Below the pieces are notes generated by a model. That model did no database searches, was not told the DNA's origin, and saw nothing but the letters and a program-made list of their open reading frames with translations. Of a stretch of DNA of 64,000 bases, positions 38,276 through 48,093 are shown one piece after another. The DNA is taken from positions 4,224,001 through 4,288,000 of the forward strand of contig CBDBDQ010000005.1 in the NCBI GenBank assembly GCA_965203905.1, read 5' to 3'. The position numbers and the translations under genes are program-made. This stretch comes from Spirochaetia bacterium (GTDB taxonomy: Bacteria; Spirochaetota; Spirochaetia; SZUA-6; Bin103). Every line of letters begins with the position of its first letter. Within the stretch, counting starts at the first letter, position 1.

Positions 38276-39248
38276 CTCCCGTATCCTGCCCCACCTGGTA
38301 CGAAATCCGAGGATCGAGCCACGCGTAGGTCAGATCAACGCCCAGATTGACCAGCAGCACGAACCCGGCGAAGAACAGGTTCACGCCGGAGACGATGGTA
38401 TAGTCGCGATAGCTCAGGGCGTCTACCGCGAGCATGCCCATGCCGGGGAGCGCGAATATCTTCTCGATCACCACCTGACCGCCAATGAGGATCGGGATCA
38501 TCAAGCCGATATAGGTGATCACCGGAATCAACGCATTCTTGAGCGCGTGTCGGTACACCACCAGTCGTTCCCGGAGGCCTTTCGACCAGGCGGTCCTGAC
38601 GTAGTCCTGCCGGAGCACGTCGAGCATCATGGTGCGTGACATCCTCATGGTGACTCCGGACATGCTCATGCCCAGTACAACCGCTGGAACGATCACTATC
38701 TTCAGGTTCTCCAGGGGATCCTCAAGAAAGGGAACGTAGAGGACAGGTGGCGACCAGTTCCACCAGATTGACGGGTAGACCATGACCATGGTCGCAAGCC
38801 AGAATCCGGGGACGGCGATACCGAAGATGGCGAATATACGGCCCACGTAGTCCGCTACCGTATCCTGCCTCAAGGCCGAGTACACCCCTATCGGTACGGC
38901 CACCAGTTGCGACAGGATCAGTGCCAACAAGCCAACTTCAAAGGTGACCGGTATCCGACGCAGGATCTCTTCGGTGATGGGCGTCTTCCAGCGCAGAGAG
39001 TTCCCGAGGTCTCCCTGGGTAAGGATATTCGTCATCCAGCGTACGTATTGCACGTGAGCCGGGACGTCCAGCCCGAGCATCGCTTCCAACTGCGCACGGT
39101 CGATGTTGCCGATGCCGCCACCCAATTCGGACAGCGTCAGAGTAATGATGTCACCGGGAATGAGCCGAATGGTAAAAAAGACGATCAGCGTGACAATGAA
39201 GAGCGTAGGGATGACGAGCAATGCGCGTCGTACCAGGTACCCGGTCAT
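38268..39248 (-). CDS. ABC transporter permease (DppB-like)
   Basis: IPGD, GDLGNSL, QDYVRTAWSKGL, DPRI. Confidence 0.92.
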   Translation of the reverse strand: MTGYLVRRALLVIPTLFIVTLIVFFTIRLIPGDIITLTLSELGGGIGNIDRAQLEAMLGLDVPAHVQYVRWMTNILTQGDLGNSLRWKTPITEEILRRIPVTFEVGLLALILSQLVAVPIGVYSALRQDTVADYVGRIFAIFGIAVPGFWLATMVMVYPSIWWNWSPPVLYVPFLEDPLENLKIVIVPAVVLGMSMSGVTMRMSRTMMLDVLRQDYVRTAWSKGLRERLVVYRHALKNALIPVITYIGLMIPILIGGQVVIEKIFALPGMGMLAVDALSYRDYTIVSGVNLFFAGFVLLVNLGVDLTYAWLDPRISYQVGQDTGGE

Positions 39249-39392
39249 GTTGCTACCAGCCCTTGGACCCTACCGCACACCGGCCGTGCCCTTCAACGTG
39301 AGACACCGCGGGTGAAGTGGTATCGCAACTGATGCAGCGCAGCGACCTGCAGGAATGGCTACCGGCCGGCAGGTGATCTGGGCCGGCTGGCG

Positions 39393-40496
39393 TCAGGCGG
39401 CCTCGTCGAACAGGATCACGCCGCGCTTGTGGCCGCCCTTGAGCAGGTCGGCGTAGGCCTCGTTGATCTGGTCGAGGCGGTAGTGGGCCGAGACCAGCTC
39501 GTCGAGCAGCAGCTTGCCGGCGCGGTAGAGCGCGAGCAGGCGCGGAAACTCCCGGTGCGGATCGGTGGAGCCGAAGAATGAGCCGTAGATCCGCTTCTCA
39601 TTCACGTGCAGGTCGAGGCCGGAGTAACGGGTGACCGACCTCGACGGTGCCACGCCGACCACCACCAGGGCGCCGCCCCGGCGCGCGGCCTTGTAGGCGG
39701 CCTCCTGCACCGCCGGCGCGCCGACCGCCTCGAACGCGAAATCCACGCCGCGCCCGCCGGTGAGGGCGCGCACCTGCTCCTGCGCGTCGTCTCCCGCCAC
39801 CACGCCCTCGGTGGCGCCGAACTGGCGTGCGATTTCCAGCTTGGCCGGGTCGGTGTCCACGGCGATGATCGGGTTGGCGCCGCTCAGGCGCGCGCCCTGC
39901 ACCACGTTCAGTCCCACGCCGCCGCAGCCGTACACCGCGACGCTCTCGCCGGGCCGAATGGACACCGTGTTCAGCGCGGCCCCGACGCCGGTGGTCACGG
40001 CACAGCCCACCAGCGCCGCGACGTCGAAGCGGATGTCTTCCGGTATCACCACGCACGACTGCTCCGGCGCTATCACCTGCTCGGCAAAGGTGGACACCAC
40101 GCTGAACTGGTTCACCCGTTCGCCGTTCAGGGTCAGCCGCGTGCTGCCGTCATGCATGGTGCCGTTGTGCCAGTACCACATGGTTTCGCACAGCCCGTTC
40201 TGGCCGCGCAGGCAGTAGAAGCAGCCGCCGCAGGAGGGCGCCCAGTTGATGATCACGTGCTGGCCCGGTTTGACGCGGGTCACCTGGCTGCCCACTTCCT
40301 CCACGATGCCGGCGCCCTCGTGGCCCAGGACCACCGGCTTGGGGCGGTCGAGCTTGCCCATCACGAAGTGCCAGTCGCTGTGGCAGGTGCCCGCGGCGGC
40401 CAGCCGCACGCGCACCTCGTCCGGCTGGGGTGGCTGCAGCTCCACCTCCTCGATAACGAACGGTCCGCCCACTTCATGCAATACCGCGGCTTTCAT
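39393..40496 (-). CDS. Zn-dependent alcohol dehydrogenase
   Basis: CHSD, GHEGAG, CGGCFYC..C and GCGGVG motifs. Confidence 0.92.
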   Translation of the reverse strand: MKAAVLHEVGGPFVIEEVELQPPQPDEVRVRLAAAGTCHSDWHFVMGKLDRPKPVVLGHEGAGIVEEVGSQVTRVKPGQHVIINWAPSCGGCFYCLRGQNGLCETMWYWHNGTMHDGSTRLTLNGERVNQFSVVSTFAEQVIAPEQSCVVIPEDIRFDVAALVGCAVTTGVGAALNTVSIRPGESVAVYGCGGVGLNVVQGARLSGANPIIAVDTDPAKLEIARQFGATEGVVAGDDAQEQVRALTGGRGVDFAFEAVGAPAVQEAAYKAARRGGALVVVGVAPSRSVTRYSGLDLHVNEKRIYGSFFGSTDPHREFPRLLALYRAGKLLLDELVSAHYRLDQINEAYADLLKGGHKRGVILFDEAA

Positions 40497-40622
40497 CTGT
40501 CACCGCCTCCTCCCGTACCTGCCAAGCACGTCGAGGCAGCCTACCAGAGAAGGTTCACCCATCGCCAGCCGCTCGCGCGGGAGGCTTGCGTGGCGGTCGC
40601 GGGAGACGGCATCATGCGGCCC

Positions 40623-41474
40623 ATGGCACAGATAGAGGGCAGGCTTGCCGGGAAGGTGGCAATCGTCACCGGCGGCACCAGCGGCATGGGAGAGGCGACC
40701 GTCGAGCGCTACGTGGCCGAGGGCGCGCGGGTGATGATCGCCGGACGGCGCGAGGACGCCGGCAGCGCGCTCGTGGAACGGCTCGGAGCGGATGCCGCGT
40801 TCACCCGCACCGACGTGACCCGCGAGGCGGAGGTGGAGCGCCTGGTGGCGGCCACCGTCGACCGCTGGGGCCGGATCGACATCCTGTTCAACAACGCCGG
40901 TTCCGGCCACCCCTACCGGCTGGTGGAGGAGTTCGACGGCGAGGAGTTCCTGGCCGACGTGTGGACTCTGGTTGGCTCCTGCTTCCTCACGGTCAAGTAC
41001 GTGGGCCCGATCATGAAGCGCCAGGGCGCCGGCAGCATCATCAACAACGGCAGCACAGCGGCGGTGATCACCGACGGCTCGTCGGCCAGCTACTCGGCCT
41101 GCAAGGCGGCGATGATCCAGGTGACCAAGGTATGGGCCACCGAACTGATTTCCCACGGCGTGCGCGTGAACTGCATCTCGCCGGGGGCGATCACGACGCC
41201 GATCTTCTGGGGCGGCGCCGGCACCCAGACCCCGGAGGAGAACCGCGCCCGGATGGAACGCCTGGATCGCTGGTGGATCGACAACCGGCCGCAGAACCGG
41301 CCCGGGAGTCCCGACGACATAGCCTACGCGGCCGTGTTCCTCGGCAGCGACGAGAGCCTCCACGTCAGCGGCCACAACCTGATGGTCGATGTCGGCGCCA
41401 CGGTCACCAGGGGGGCATTCGAAGAACTGAACGAGATGAAAGCCCAGCGCGACCGCATCATCGCCGGAGAGTGA
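40623..41474 (+). CDS. Short-chain dehydrogenase/reductase
   Basis: TGGTSGMG, NNAG, YSACK and RVNCISPG motifs. Confidence 0.92.
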   Translation: MAQIEGRLAGKVAIVTGGTSGMGEATVERYVAEGARVMIAGRREDAGSALVERLGADAAFTRTDVTREAEVERLVAATVDRWGRIDILFNNAGSGHPYRLVEEFDGEEFLADVWTLVGSCFLTVKYVGPIMKRQGAGSIINNGSTAAVITDGSSASYSACKAAMIQVTKVWATELISHGVRVNCISPGAITTPIFWGGAGTQTPEENRARMERLDRWWIDNRPQNRPGSPDDIAYAAVFLGSDESLHVSGHNLMVDVGATVTRGAFEELNEMKAQRDRIIAGE

Positions 41475-41523
41475 ACCGAGGAGCACCGGCAGCGCAACGC
41501 GGGTGCGCTGCCCGTGGCGGCGG

Positions 41524-41560
41524 TTGACATTCCCGGTTCATGTTTTCATGTTTTTTTCAT
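41524..41560 (+). promoter_or_regulatory. Putative promoter/operator of the FitA-VapC pair
   Basis: TTGACA followed by repeated ttcatg units running into the start codon. Confidence 0.45.
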
Positions 41561-41786
41561 GGCACACATTCAGATCCGCAATGTCCCGGATGCGCTGCAC
41601 CGACGTCTCAAGGCGCGGGCGGCGATGGAGGGCGTCTCCATGTCACAGTACCTGCTATGGCAGATCGAGCGGTCGCTGGCACGGCCGAGTCGGCGGGAAA
41701 CGCTGGACGCCATTCGCCGTGAGCCGCCGCTGATTCTGGACCCGACGCCCGCCGACGTCCTGCGCGAGGAACGGGACGCGCGCTGA
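41559..41786 (+). CDS. FitA-like ribbon-helix-helix antitoxin
   Basis: MAHIQIRNVPDALHRRLKARAA..G.SM. Confidence 0.85.
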   Translation: MAHIQIRNVPDALHRRLKARAAMEGVSMSQYLLWQIERSLARPSRRETLDAIRREPPLILDPTPADVLREERDAR

Positions 41787-42175
41787 TGGTCCTCGACGCC
41801 TCAGCGGCGGTCGAGCTTCTGCTCAATACGCCCGCGGGCCGTCGAGTCTCGTCCCGCCTCGCGGACGAAACGGAAGCTATCCACGCCCCTTACCTGATAG
41901 ACATAGAGGTCGCCCAGGTACTGCGCCGACACGTACTCCACGGGCTGTTGGCAGACACGCGCGCCGTGCGGGCGCTCGATCGCTGGCGCGACCTCGACAT
42001 CGAACGATATCCGCATACGCCTCTGTTGGACCGGGTCTGGCAACTGCGGCACAACGTGAGCGCCTACGATGCGGTGTACGTGGCCCTTGCCGAGGCATTG
42101 TCCATCCCGCTCGTTACCGGCGACGGAAGGCTCGCAAGGGCACCGGGGCTGAACGCCCTGATCGAGTTGGCATAG
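41786..42175 (+). CDS. vapC: VapC family PIN-domain toxin
   Basis: VLDASA, E, YDAVYVALAE, LVTGD; translationally coupled to the antitoxin. Confidence 0.9.
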   Translation: MVLDASAAVELLLNTPAGRRVSSRLADETEAIHAPYLIDIEVAQVLRRHVLHGLLADTRAVRALDRWRDLDIERYPHTPLLDRVWQLRHNVSAYDAVYVALAEALSIPLVTGDGRLARAPGLNALIELA

Positions 42176-42221
42176 CGCCTGCCGCTACCGAGTAGGGGCG
42201 ACGGCGCCCGGGGCGCGGCCA

Positions 42222-42515
42222 TCACTCGGCGGTCTCCTGGGTCGGAGCTAGCGCGCCCCGCTGCTTTCCCTCCACGAGGCCGGCGAGAAACGACACCCGC
42301 TGTTCTACGCCGGCGAGCCGATCCGCCAAGCGTTGATCTCCGGCCGCGACCTGGTCGGCGAGGCGTTGGTCTCCGGCCGCGACTTGGTCCGCGAGCCGTC
42401 TGTCTCCCGTTGCGACCTGGTCCGCCAGCCGGCGGAATCCGGAAACCACCAGCCCCGCGGTGGTTACCCCGGCGGCAACGACCGCCACGAGCACGGCTAC
42501 CCATTCAACGGACAA
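42222..42515 (-). CDS. Small membrane-anchored coiled-coil protein with 11-aa repeats (copy 1)
   Basis: N-terminal hydrophobic helix, (RLADQVAxGDx) x3; GGAGG RBS and TTG start. Confidence 0.65.
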   Translation of the reverse strand: MSVEWVAVLVAVVAAGVTTAGLVVSGFRRLADQVATGDRRLADQVAAGDQRLADQVAAGDQRLADRLAGVEQRVSFLAGLVEGKQRGALAPTQETAE

Positions 42516-42579
42516 TCAGAGTTCCTCCAGAAGCCCGCCCGATTGCAGACTCACAAACTCGCCGCCCCAGGCGCGCCCA

Positions 42580-42843
42580 TCACTCCGCCGCCTCTTGAGT
42601 CGGGGCTGACAACGCACCGCGCTGCCTCCCCTCTACGAGACCGGCGAGGAACGACACTCGCTGTTCGACGCCGGCAAGCCGATCCACGAGGCGTTGATCC
42701 CCAGCCGCGACCTGGTCCGCGAGCCGTTGATCTCCCGTTGCGACCTGATCCGCCAGCCGGCGGAATCCGGAGACCACCAGCCCCGCGGTGGTTATCCCGG
42801 CGGCAACGACCGCCACGAGCACGGCTACCCATTCAACGGACAA
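42580..42843 (-). CDS. Small membrane-anchored coiled-coil protein with 11-aa repeats (copy 2)
   Basis: Tandem paralog with two repeats; GGAGG RBS and TTG at 42843. Confidence 0.65.
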   Translation of the reverse strand: MSVEWVAVLVAVVAAGITTAGLVVSGFRRLADQVATGDQRLADQVAAGDQRLVDRLAGVEQRVSFLAGLVEGRQRGALSAPTQEAAE

Positions 42844-43071
42844 TCGGACCTCCAGGAGCCCACTCGATTGCAGGCTCACAGACTACAACGGGGCGCCGAC
42901 GCTGGCGCTTCTGCGACTTCCGCTCTGAGACTGTAATCAGCCGCAGTCACCAGGTTCAAGCGCCTCGGGGCGCTGGCGCGCCAATCCGACAGACTTCTAC
43001 CGGGAGTAGGGAGCCGACGCCTACGGGTGTGCATTCCTTTATGAGGCGGCACGGCTCGCGGGCTGTTCGGA

Positions 43072-44601
43072 CTACCCTGGCGGCTCGGTGTGGGGCTCCC
43101 AGATGCGGCTCGCGCGTGCCTCGAAGAACCCCTGGTTGGTAGGTCTGAGCTTCCAGATCTCCACCGTGCGCAGGGTCAGCGGTGGGGTGCGTCCGCGGCT
43201 GCCGAACAGGTAGGCGCGCAGCTCGCTGCCGGCGTCACGGTAGGCGGTAAACACGGTCAGCAGCGCCTGGCGGCCGTTGACGAACACTTCCACCAGGTAC
43301 TTGTCGACGAAGATGCGTAGCTCCAGGTCTTCCCCCGGCGGCAGATCCGCCACGGCGAACGGGGCCTCGGTGGCGCCGGCGCAGATGGTGCCGGTCTCCG
43401 GCCGGAGCAGTACCGGCAGGCCCTCGTGGTCGTCGTCGGCGAACAGCAGCAGGCCGAAGCGGTGGCGCTCGGCCTCGGCCCGGTCGACCGAGATCCGCAC
43501 CTCGAACGCGTCGCCCCCCGGCTCCGCGATGCTGGTGCGGGCATAGGAGGGTTGCCCGGCGGCGGGACGTGTGCCGAGGGGCGGCACCACCACGTCGTGC
43601 AGTGTCACCGCATCGTAGCGCAGCGTCTCCAGTTCGCGCAGCGGCTCGATGCGCAGGGTGCCGTCGGCGAACAGGCTTAGCTCGCGCGGCAGCGATTGCA
43701 CCGACTTGAGGTCGATTGCCGGGTCGGCGGTGCACAGCCAGGCCCACATCACCCGCCGTCCGTCGGCGGTGAGCACGCTCTCGGGGGCGAAGAAGTCGCG
43801 GTAGACCGGCTCGGTCAACGACTGGTCGGCGCGCCGCCAGTTCATGCGCTCGTGAATCTGCGGCACGAAATGTTCCGCCTCCGCGTCCCAGTCGCCGAGG
43901 TAGTAGCGGCAGCCGATCTGGTGACTGATGCACAGCAGCATCCACTTGTCGCCGAGCGGATACAGGTTGGCGCAGGAGGTGTCCTCGCCCATGGCGACGT
44001 CGGGAAGGTCGTGCTGCAGCAGCGGGCCGACGTAGCGCCAATTCACCAGGTCGGTGGACTTGACCAGCTCCAGGTTGTCGCCGGCGGAGTAGGCGTAGTA
44101 GGTGTCGCCGACCTGGAACAGGTCGGGATCGCCGGCCAGGATCACCTTCTTGCCCTCCGGCACGCCGGTGGGCAGCACCGGGTAGGGCTTGCTCCAGCGG
44201 CTCAGCCGGTTGTCCTCGGCCACGGTGATGTAGGTGCGGCCGGGATCGGACAGGCCGGGGTACATCGCCGCCGGCTTGTCCTCCCTGGTGATGAAGCCGG
44301 TGCCGCTGAAGGTGCCGTGGCCGGTGAAGCTGGGCTGCAGCTTGGTGGTCTGCCAAGTCCAGTGCAGCATGTCGGGGCTGGTCACGTGGATGAAGCAGAA
44401 CGAGGTCTCCCGGTCGCGCGGCCGCGCGGTACCGCCGCGCCACGGGTGGCGCAGGATGTAGTGCAGGTGGTAGACGCCGTCCAGGCAGTAGGCCAGGTTG
44501 GGGTCGCCGGGCGCGCTGTCCTCGCCCGGGTGCATCAGATGAAAGTTGAGCGCCAGCTCGTCGCTCACGGTGCTGTCGTCGAAGCCCTTTGCAGTTGCCA
44601 T
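43072..44601 (-). CDS. Glycoside hydrolase family 32-like protein (non-canonical)
   Basis: FHLMHPG..PGDPN, SPDMLHW, EDTSCAN, SLPREL, IFVDKYLVEVFVN. Confidence 0.8.
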   Translation of the reverse strand: MATAKGFDDSTVSDELALNFHLMHPGEDSAPGDPNLAYCLDGVYHLHYILRHPWRGGTARPRDRETSFCFIHVTSPDMLHWTWQTTKLQPSFTGHGTFSGTGFITREDKPAAMYPGLSDPGRTYITVAEDNRLSRWSKPYPVLPTGVPEGKKVILAGDPDLFQVGDTYYAYSAGDNLELVKSTDLVNWRYVGPLLQHDLPDVAMGEDTSCANLYPLGDKWMLLCISHQIGCRYYLGDWDAEAEHFVPQIHERMNWRRADQSLTEPVYRDFFAPESVLTADGRRVMWAWLCTADPAIDLKSVQSLPRELSLFADGTLRIEPLRELETLRYDAVTLHDVVVPPLGTRPAAGQPSYARTSIAEPGGDAFEVRISVDRAEAERHRFGLLLFADDDHEGLPVLLRPETGTICAGATEAPFAVADLPPGEDLELRIFVDKYLVEVFVNGRQALLTVFTAYRDAGSELRAYLFGSRGRTPPLTLRTVEIWKLRPTNQGFFEARASRIWEPHTEPPG

Positions 44602-44716
44602 AGCGGTTGCCCGCGAGTGTAGGCGGCGCCGCCGGGGTCCGCAACAGCACAGTTTGGAAGCGTCCCTGCTGACTCTGTCAGCGCGGCGTTTTCGTTTGTG
44701 CTATAATGACATAGTG

Positions 44717-45040
44717 ATGCAGCGGCAGCGCCGGATGGTCTCCAGGGATCTTGTGTTGCAGCGGGCGGCCAGGCTGTTCTGGGATCGACCGCTGTCCCCC
44801 GCTGACTTGGAAACATTTCCCCGCTGGGTGGTTGCGCGAGTGATCCACCATGGTGACCTGGACGACGTACGCGGCCTCGCGGCAGTCATGGGGAGACGTG
44901 CGTTTCTGGAGACGGTCTCCACGGTCAGAATGCAGTCCGTCAAGGTGGCCGCACTCTGGGACGCGGTCCTGAAGCTGGAGGGTGTCCCGTGCACACCGAA
45001 GTGCTCCCGGCAACCAGCGGCGAGCTCCTGGCCACCCTGA
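44717..45040 (+). CDS. DUF6922-like putative antitoxin
   Basis: LFWD....DL....WVVARVI..GDLDD; extended -10 TGCTATAAT just upstream. Confidence 0.65.
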   Translation: MQRQRRMVSRDLVLQRAARLFWDRPLSPADLETFPRWVVARVIHHGDLDDVRGLAAVMGRRAFLETVSTVRMQSVKVAALWDAVLKLEGVPCTPKCSRQPAASSWPP

Positions 45041-45618
45041 CCAGCCGCGGGGCCACTGAGTTCCACGGCTGGGTGTTGGCCGGCGGAACGGGGTTGGCGC
45101 TGCAGCTCGGCCACCGGATCTCCGAAGACTTCTATTTTTTTCGTACGCGTGCCGTGGACACCGCCGCGCTCTCCGACCGGCTGCGCGACGTGGCCACGTG
45201 CGAAACCCTCTACTCCGATGAGCATACGTTGACCGTGCTCGTGGACGGCGTCAAGCTGTTCTTCTTTCAGGTCCGTGATCCGTTCCTGTTTCGGGCGACA
45301 CCGTTCTCGTTTTTTGGCGTCGCCGACCTTCGTGACATCGGGTTGATGAAGCTGCTGGCGGTTACCAATCGGGGCAGTCGCAAGGACTTCGTCGACCTCT
45401 TTGCGCTGCTGCAGACCGGCCCTTCTCTCAGCGACTACCTGCAGCTACTGCCGCGCAAGTATGGACCGGGCCGTTTGAATCCCTATCAGGTAGCGACGAG
45501 CCTGACGTACTTCGAAGATGCGGAAGCGGAGCCGCTGCCACGTATGCGTGAACCCTTCGAGTGGTCGGCGTGCAAGGAGTTCTTCGTCCGGGAAGTGCGG
45601 GCCCTGGTGCTGCCGTAG
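44989..45618 (+). CDS. AbiEii/AbiGii family nucleotidyltransferase toxin
   Basis: LAGGTGLALQLGHRISED, MKL.A...RG..KDFVDL, SLTYFEDAE. Confidence 0.88.
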   Translation: MHTEVLPATSGELLATLTSRGATEFHGWVLAGGTGLALQLGHRISEDFYFFRTRAVDTAALSDRLRDVATCETLYSDEHTLTVLVDGVKLFFFQVRDPFLFRATPFSFFGVADLRDIGLMKLLAVTNRGSRKDFVDLFALLQTGPSLSDYLQLLPRKYGPGRLNPYQVATSLTYFEDAEAEPLPRMREPFEWSACKEFFVREVRALVLP

Positions 45619-45659
45619 GCCGCGCTGGCTCGGCCACGCGCTGGGTAGCAGCCGCGCGT

Positions 45660-46475
45660 TCAGGTCTTCGGCGGCGGCCGCTTGGGCGGCGAGAACAGCA
45701 GCAGCGTGCCGATCTGTCGGTAGCCAACGGTGGTGTACAGCTTGGCCCCGGTGTGCGAGGCGAGCAGCACGGCCAGCTTCGCGCCCGCCGCGCGGTCGTC
45801 GCGCAGCAGGCGGCACAGCATGGCGCGGGCGATGCCACGGCGGCGGAACTCGCGCTGCACGAACATGTTCTGGCACCAGGTCGCGTCCTCCACGGCGATG
45901 CTGCCGACCCAACCGACGATCGCGCCGTCGATCAGCGCGACGTACTGGCGCTGGGGCGCGTCGGCGCCCAGGTTCTCGGGAAGGATCTGGCGGCTGCGCG
46001 CGGCCTTGGCCAGGCGCTGGGCCAGCTCAGGGGTACGGACACGACGGATGGTCGCGGGAGCGGCGACCCGCGGGATGCGCCGCAGGCGGTGGACCATGAA
46101 CGGTTCGGTGGTCATCAGCCGGTAGTCGAGCGCCTTGAACCCGGTGCGCAACGGCTGGTCCGGCTCGTCGGCCGCATGAATTGCGCACACGGTGTAGCCG
46201 CCACGCTGGTGCGGTTGCGGGCCGGTCGCCGCCGCGTGAACCCAGTCCGGCGCCAGGCCGTGGCTCACCCACTCCTCGTTGCGGTACTTGCCGCTCCGGC
46301 GCTCGGCATCGCGCAGTACCCACAGGCTGCCTCCCGGTTGGCTCTCGGGTGTGCCGGTGGGTAGTCGCTCCGCGAGGTAGGGGTGGGTGAAGCTGCGCGC
46401 GAAGCACCAAGCGCGTGCAAACACCTCAATCGCACGCTCGAACTCATCCGCCGTCACCGTTTGACTATACGCCAT
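45660..46475 (-). CDS. GNAT family N-acetyltransferase
   Basis: MFVQREFRRRGIARAML; LYTTVGY. Confidence 0.85.
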   Translation of the reverse strand: MAYSQTVTADEFERAIEVFARAWCFARSFTHPYLAERLPTGTPESQPGGSLWVLRDAERRSGKYRNEEWVSHGLAPDWVHAAATGPQPHQRGGYTVCAIHAADEPDQPLRTGFKALDYRLMTTEPFMVHRLRRIPRVAAPATIRRVRTPELAQRLAKAARSRQILPENLGADAPQRQYVALIDGAIVGWVGSIAVEDATWCQNMFVQREFRRRGIARAMLCRLLRDDRAAGAKLAVLLASHTGAKLYTTVGYRQIGTLLLFSPPKRPPPKT

Positions 46476-46932
46476 TGACTGGCGGGCGGCGGGACTGCCG
46501 GGGGACGGCAACACCGGTGGTGACGAGGATCACCCCGAGCGCTGCCTGCAGCAGGTCGAGCAGGCGGAACGCGTCGGTCAGGGGGTCGCCGTAGGTGAGC
46601 AACAGGGGGAGGTACACCAGCAGGCGCAGCGGCAGGTAGGCGAGGGCGACGATCCCCTCGAGCAGCGTTACCTTGCGCATGGCGGCGCGCAGCCGCCCGT
46701 ACCGCGCAGCGCGGCGGTAGCCGAACCAGATGGCGAAGACCACGACCAGTTCACCGAGCCCGAACAGATAGATCGCCACCATTGAGAGCAGGGCGCGGGT
46801 GCGGGTCCACAGCTCGACGCCGGTGGCGGCCAGGTCCAGGAACTGCAGGAAGAGCGCCAGCGACACCAGGATCGACAGCAGCGCAGCGGCCATGCGCCTC
46901 GCCACCTGCCCAGGAGGCAGCTTGGTTCTCAT
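46465..46932 (-). CDS. Hypothetical membrane protein (about 4 TM helices)
   Basis: Hydrophobic 3' part of ORF 46465..47166; ATG overlaps the upstream stop. Confidence 0.55.
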   Translation of the reverse strand: MRTKLPPGQVARRMAAALLSILVSLALFLQFLDLAATGVELWTRTRALLSMVAIYLFGLGELVVVFAIWFGYRRAARYGRLRAAMRKVTLLEGIVALAYLPLRLLVYLPLLLTYGDPLTDAFRLLDLLQAALGVILVTTGVAVPRQSRRPPVNGV

Positions 46933-48080
46933 TCTGTCCCGGAGGCGGCGAAGCCTATCAGCCGCTGGAGGCCTTCGCGGAGGTCGGGGAGGGCGGTGGC
47001 GAGCGAGATGCGCAGCCGGCCGCTTGCCCCGGCGCCGAAGGTCTCGCCGGGCGCCACGGCGACGTCGACCTGCTGCAGCAGCCGGCGCGCATAGGCGAAG
47101 GTGTCGGCAACCGGCCCCGGCAGATCGACCAGCAGGTAGAAGGCGCCGTCCGGCCGATACCCGCACATCCCGGCAGCGCCCAGGAGGTCGCAGGCGAGGT
47201 CACGCCGCTCGCGGTAGGTGCGCGTCATGTGCGCCACGCACTCCTGCGGCCCGCTGAGCGCCGCCAGCGCGGCGTGCTGCGACGGCGCGGGCGCGCAGGC
47301 GACCGTGGCCTCCTGCAGCTTCACCAGCAGCGGCGCGACCGGCTCCGGGCAGGCCACGTAGCCGACACGCCAGCCGGTCATGGCGTAGCTCTTGGAGAAG
47401 CTGCCGACGGTGAAGCAGCGGTCGCGGGCGCCCAGGCTGGCGGGGCTGACGTGGCGGCCGTCGAATACGATCTTCTCGTAGCACTCGTCGGAGATCAGGT
47501 AGAGGTCGTGGCGCTCGGCCAGCTCCACGATCCCCTGCACCCGGTCGCGGCGCATCACGGCGCCGGTGGGGTTGGCAGGGCTGCCGACCATGATTGCCTT
47601 GGTCCGCGGCGTGATCGCGGCGGCGAGGGCGTCGAGGTCCGGCTGGTAGCCGTCGGCTGCCGGCAGGGGGTAGGGGACCGCCTCGGCCCCGCACAGCTCG
47701 GCGGCCATACGGTAGTTGGGATAGCCCGGATCCGGCACCAGGAGCTGGTCGCCGGGCTCCAGCACGCTCTGCTGGCTGGCGTAGAGGGCACCCATGGCTC
47801 CCATGGTGACGATGATCTGCTCGCTCGCGGCGGCGACGCCGTTGTCCGCCTGCAGCTTGGCGCGGAGGGCGTCGCGCAGCTCCGGCAGGCCTGCGTTCGG
47901 GGTATAGCCGGTGTAGCCGGCGCGCACGGCACGCGCCGCGGCGTCGGCGATGTGCGCCGGCGTGGGAAAGTCGGGCTGGCCGATCTCCAGGTGGATCACG
48001 CCGGGCCGTTGCGCCAGGTCCAGGATGGCACGGATGCCGGAGCGCGGCATCGCCTCCAGGCGCGGGTTGAGCGGGCGCAG
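46929..48080 (-). CDS. PLP-dependent aminotransferase class I/II (aspartate aminotransferase-like)
   Basis: IGQPDF, YTPNAG..ELR, SPANPTG, SDECY, SFSKSYAMTGWRVG; start uncertain. Confidence 0.9.
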   Translation of the reverse strand: MRPLNPRLEAMPRSGIRAILDLAQRPGVIHLEIGQPDFPTPAHIADAAARAVRAGYTGYTPNAGLPELRDALRAKLQADNGVAAASEQIIVTMGAMGALYASQQSVLEPGDQLLVPDPGYPNYRMAAELCGAEAVPYPLPAADGYQPDLDALAAAITPRTKAIMVGSPANPTGAVMRRDRVQGIVELAERHDLYLISDECYEKIVFDGRHVSPASLGARDRCFTVGSFSKSYAMTGWRVGYVACPEPVAPLLVKLQEATVACAPAPSQHAALAALSGPQECVAHMTRTYRERRDLACDLLGAAGMCGYRPDGAFYLLVDLPGPVADTFAYARRLLQQVDVAVAPGETFGAGASGRLRISLATALPDLREGLQRLIGFAASGTE

Positions 48081-48093
48081 AACGGCGGCTCCC

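Noticed and set aside
42300-42440. 33-nt tandem repeats as a CRISPR or non-coding array
   Set aside because: Contiguous in-frame coding repeats without spacers.
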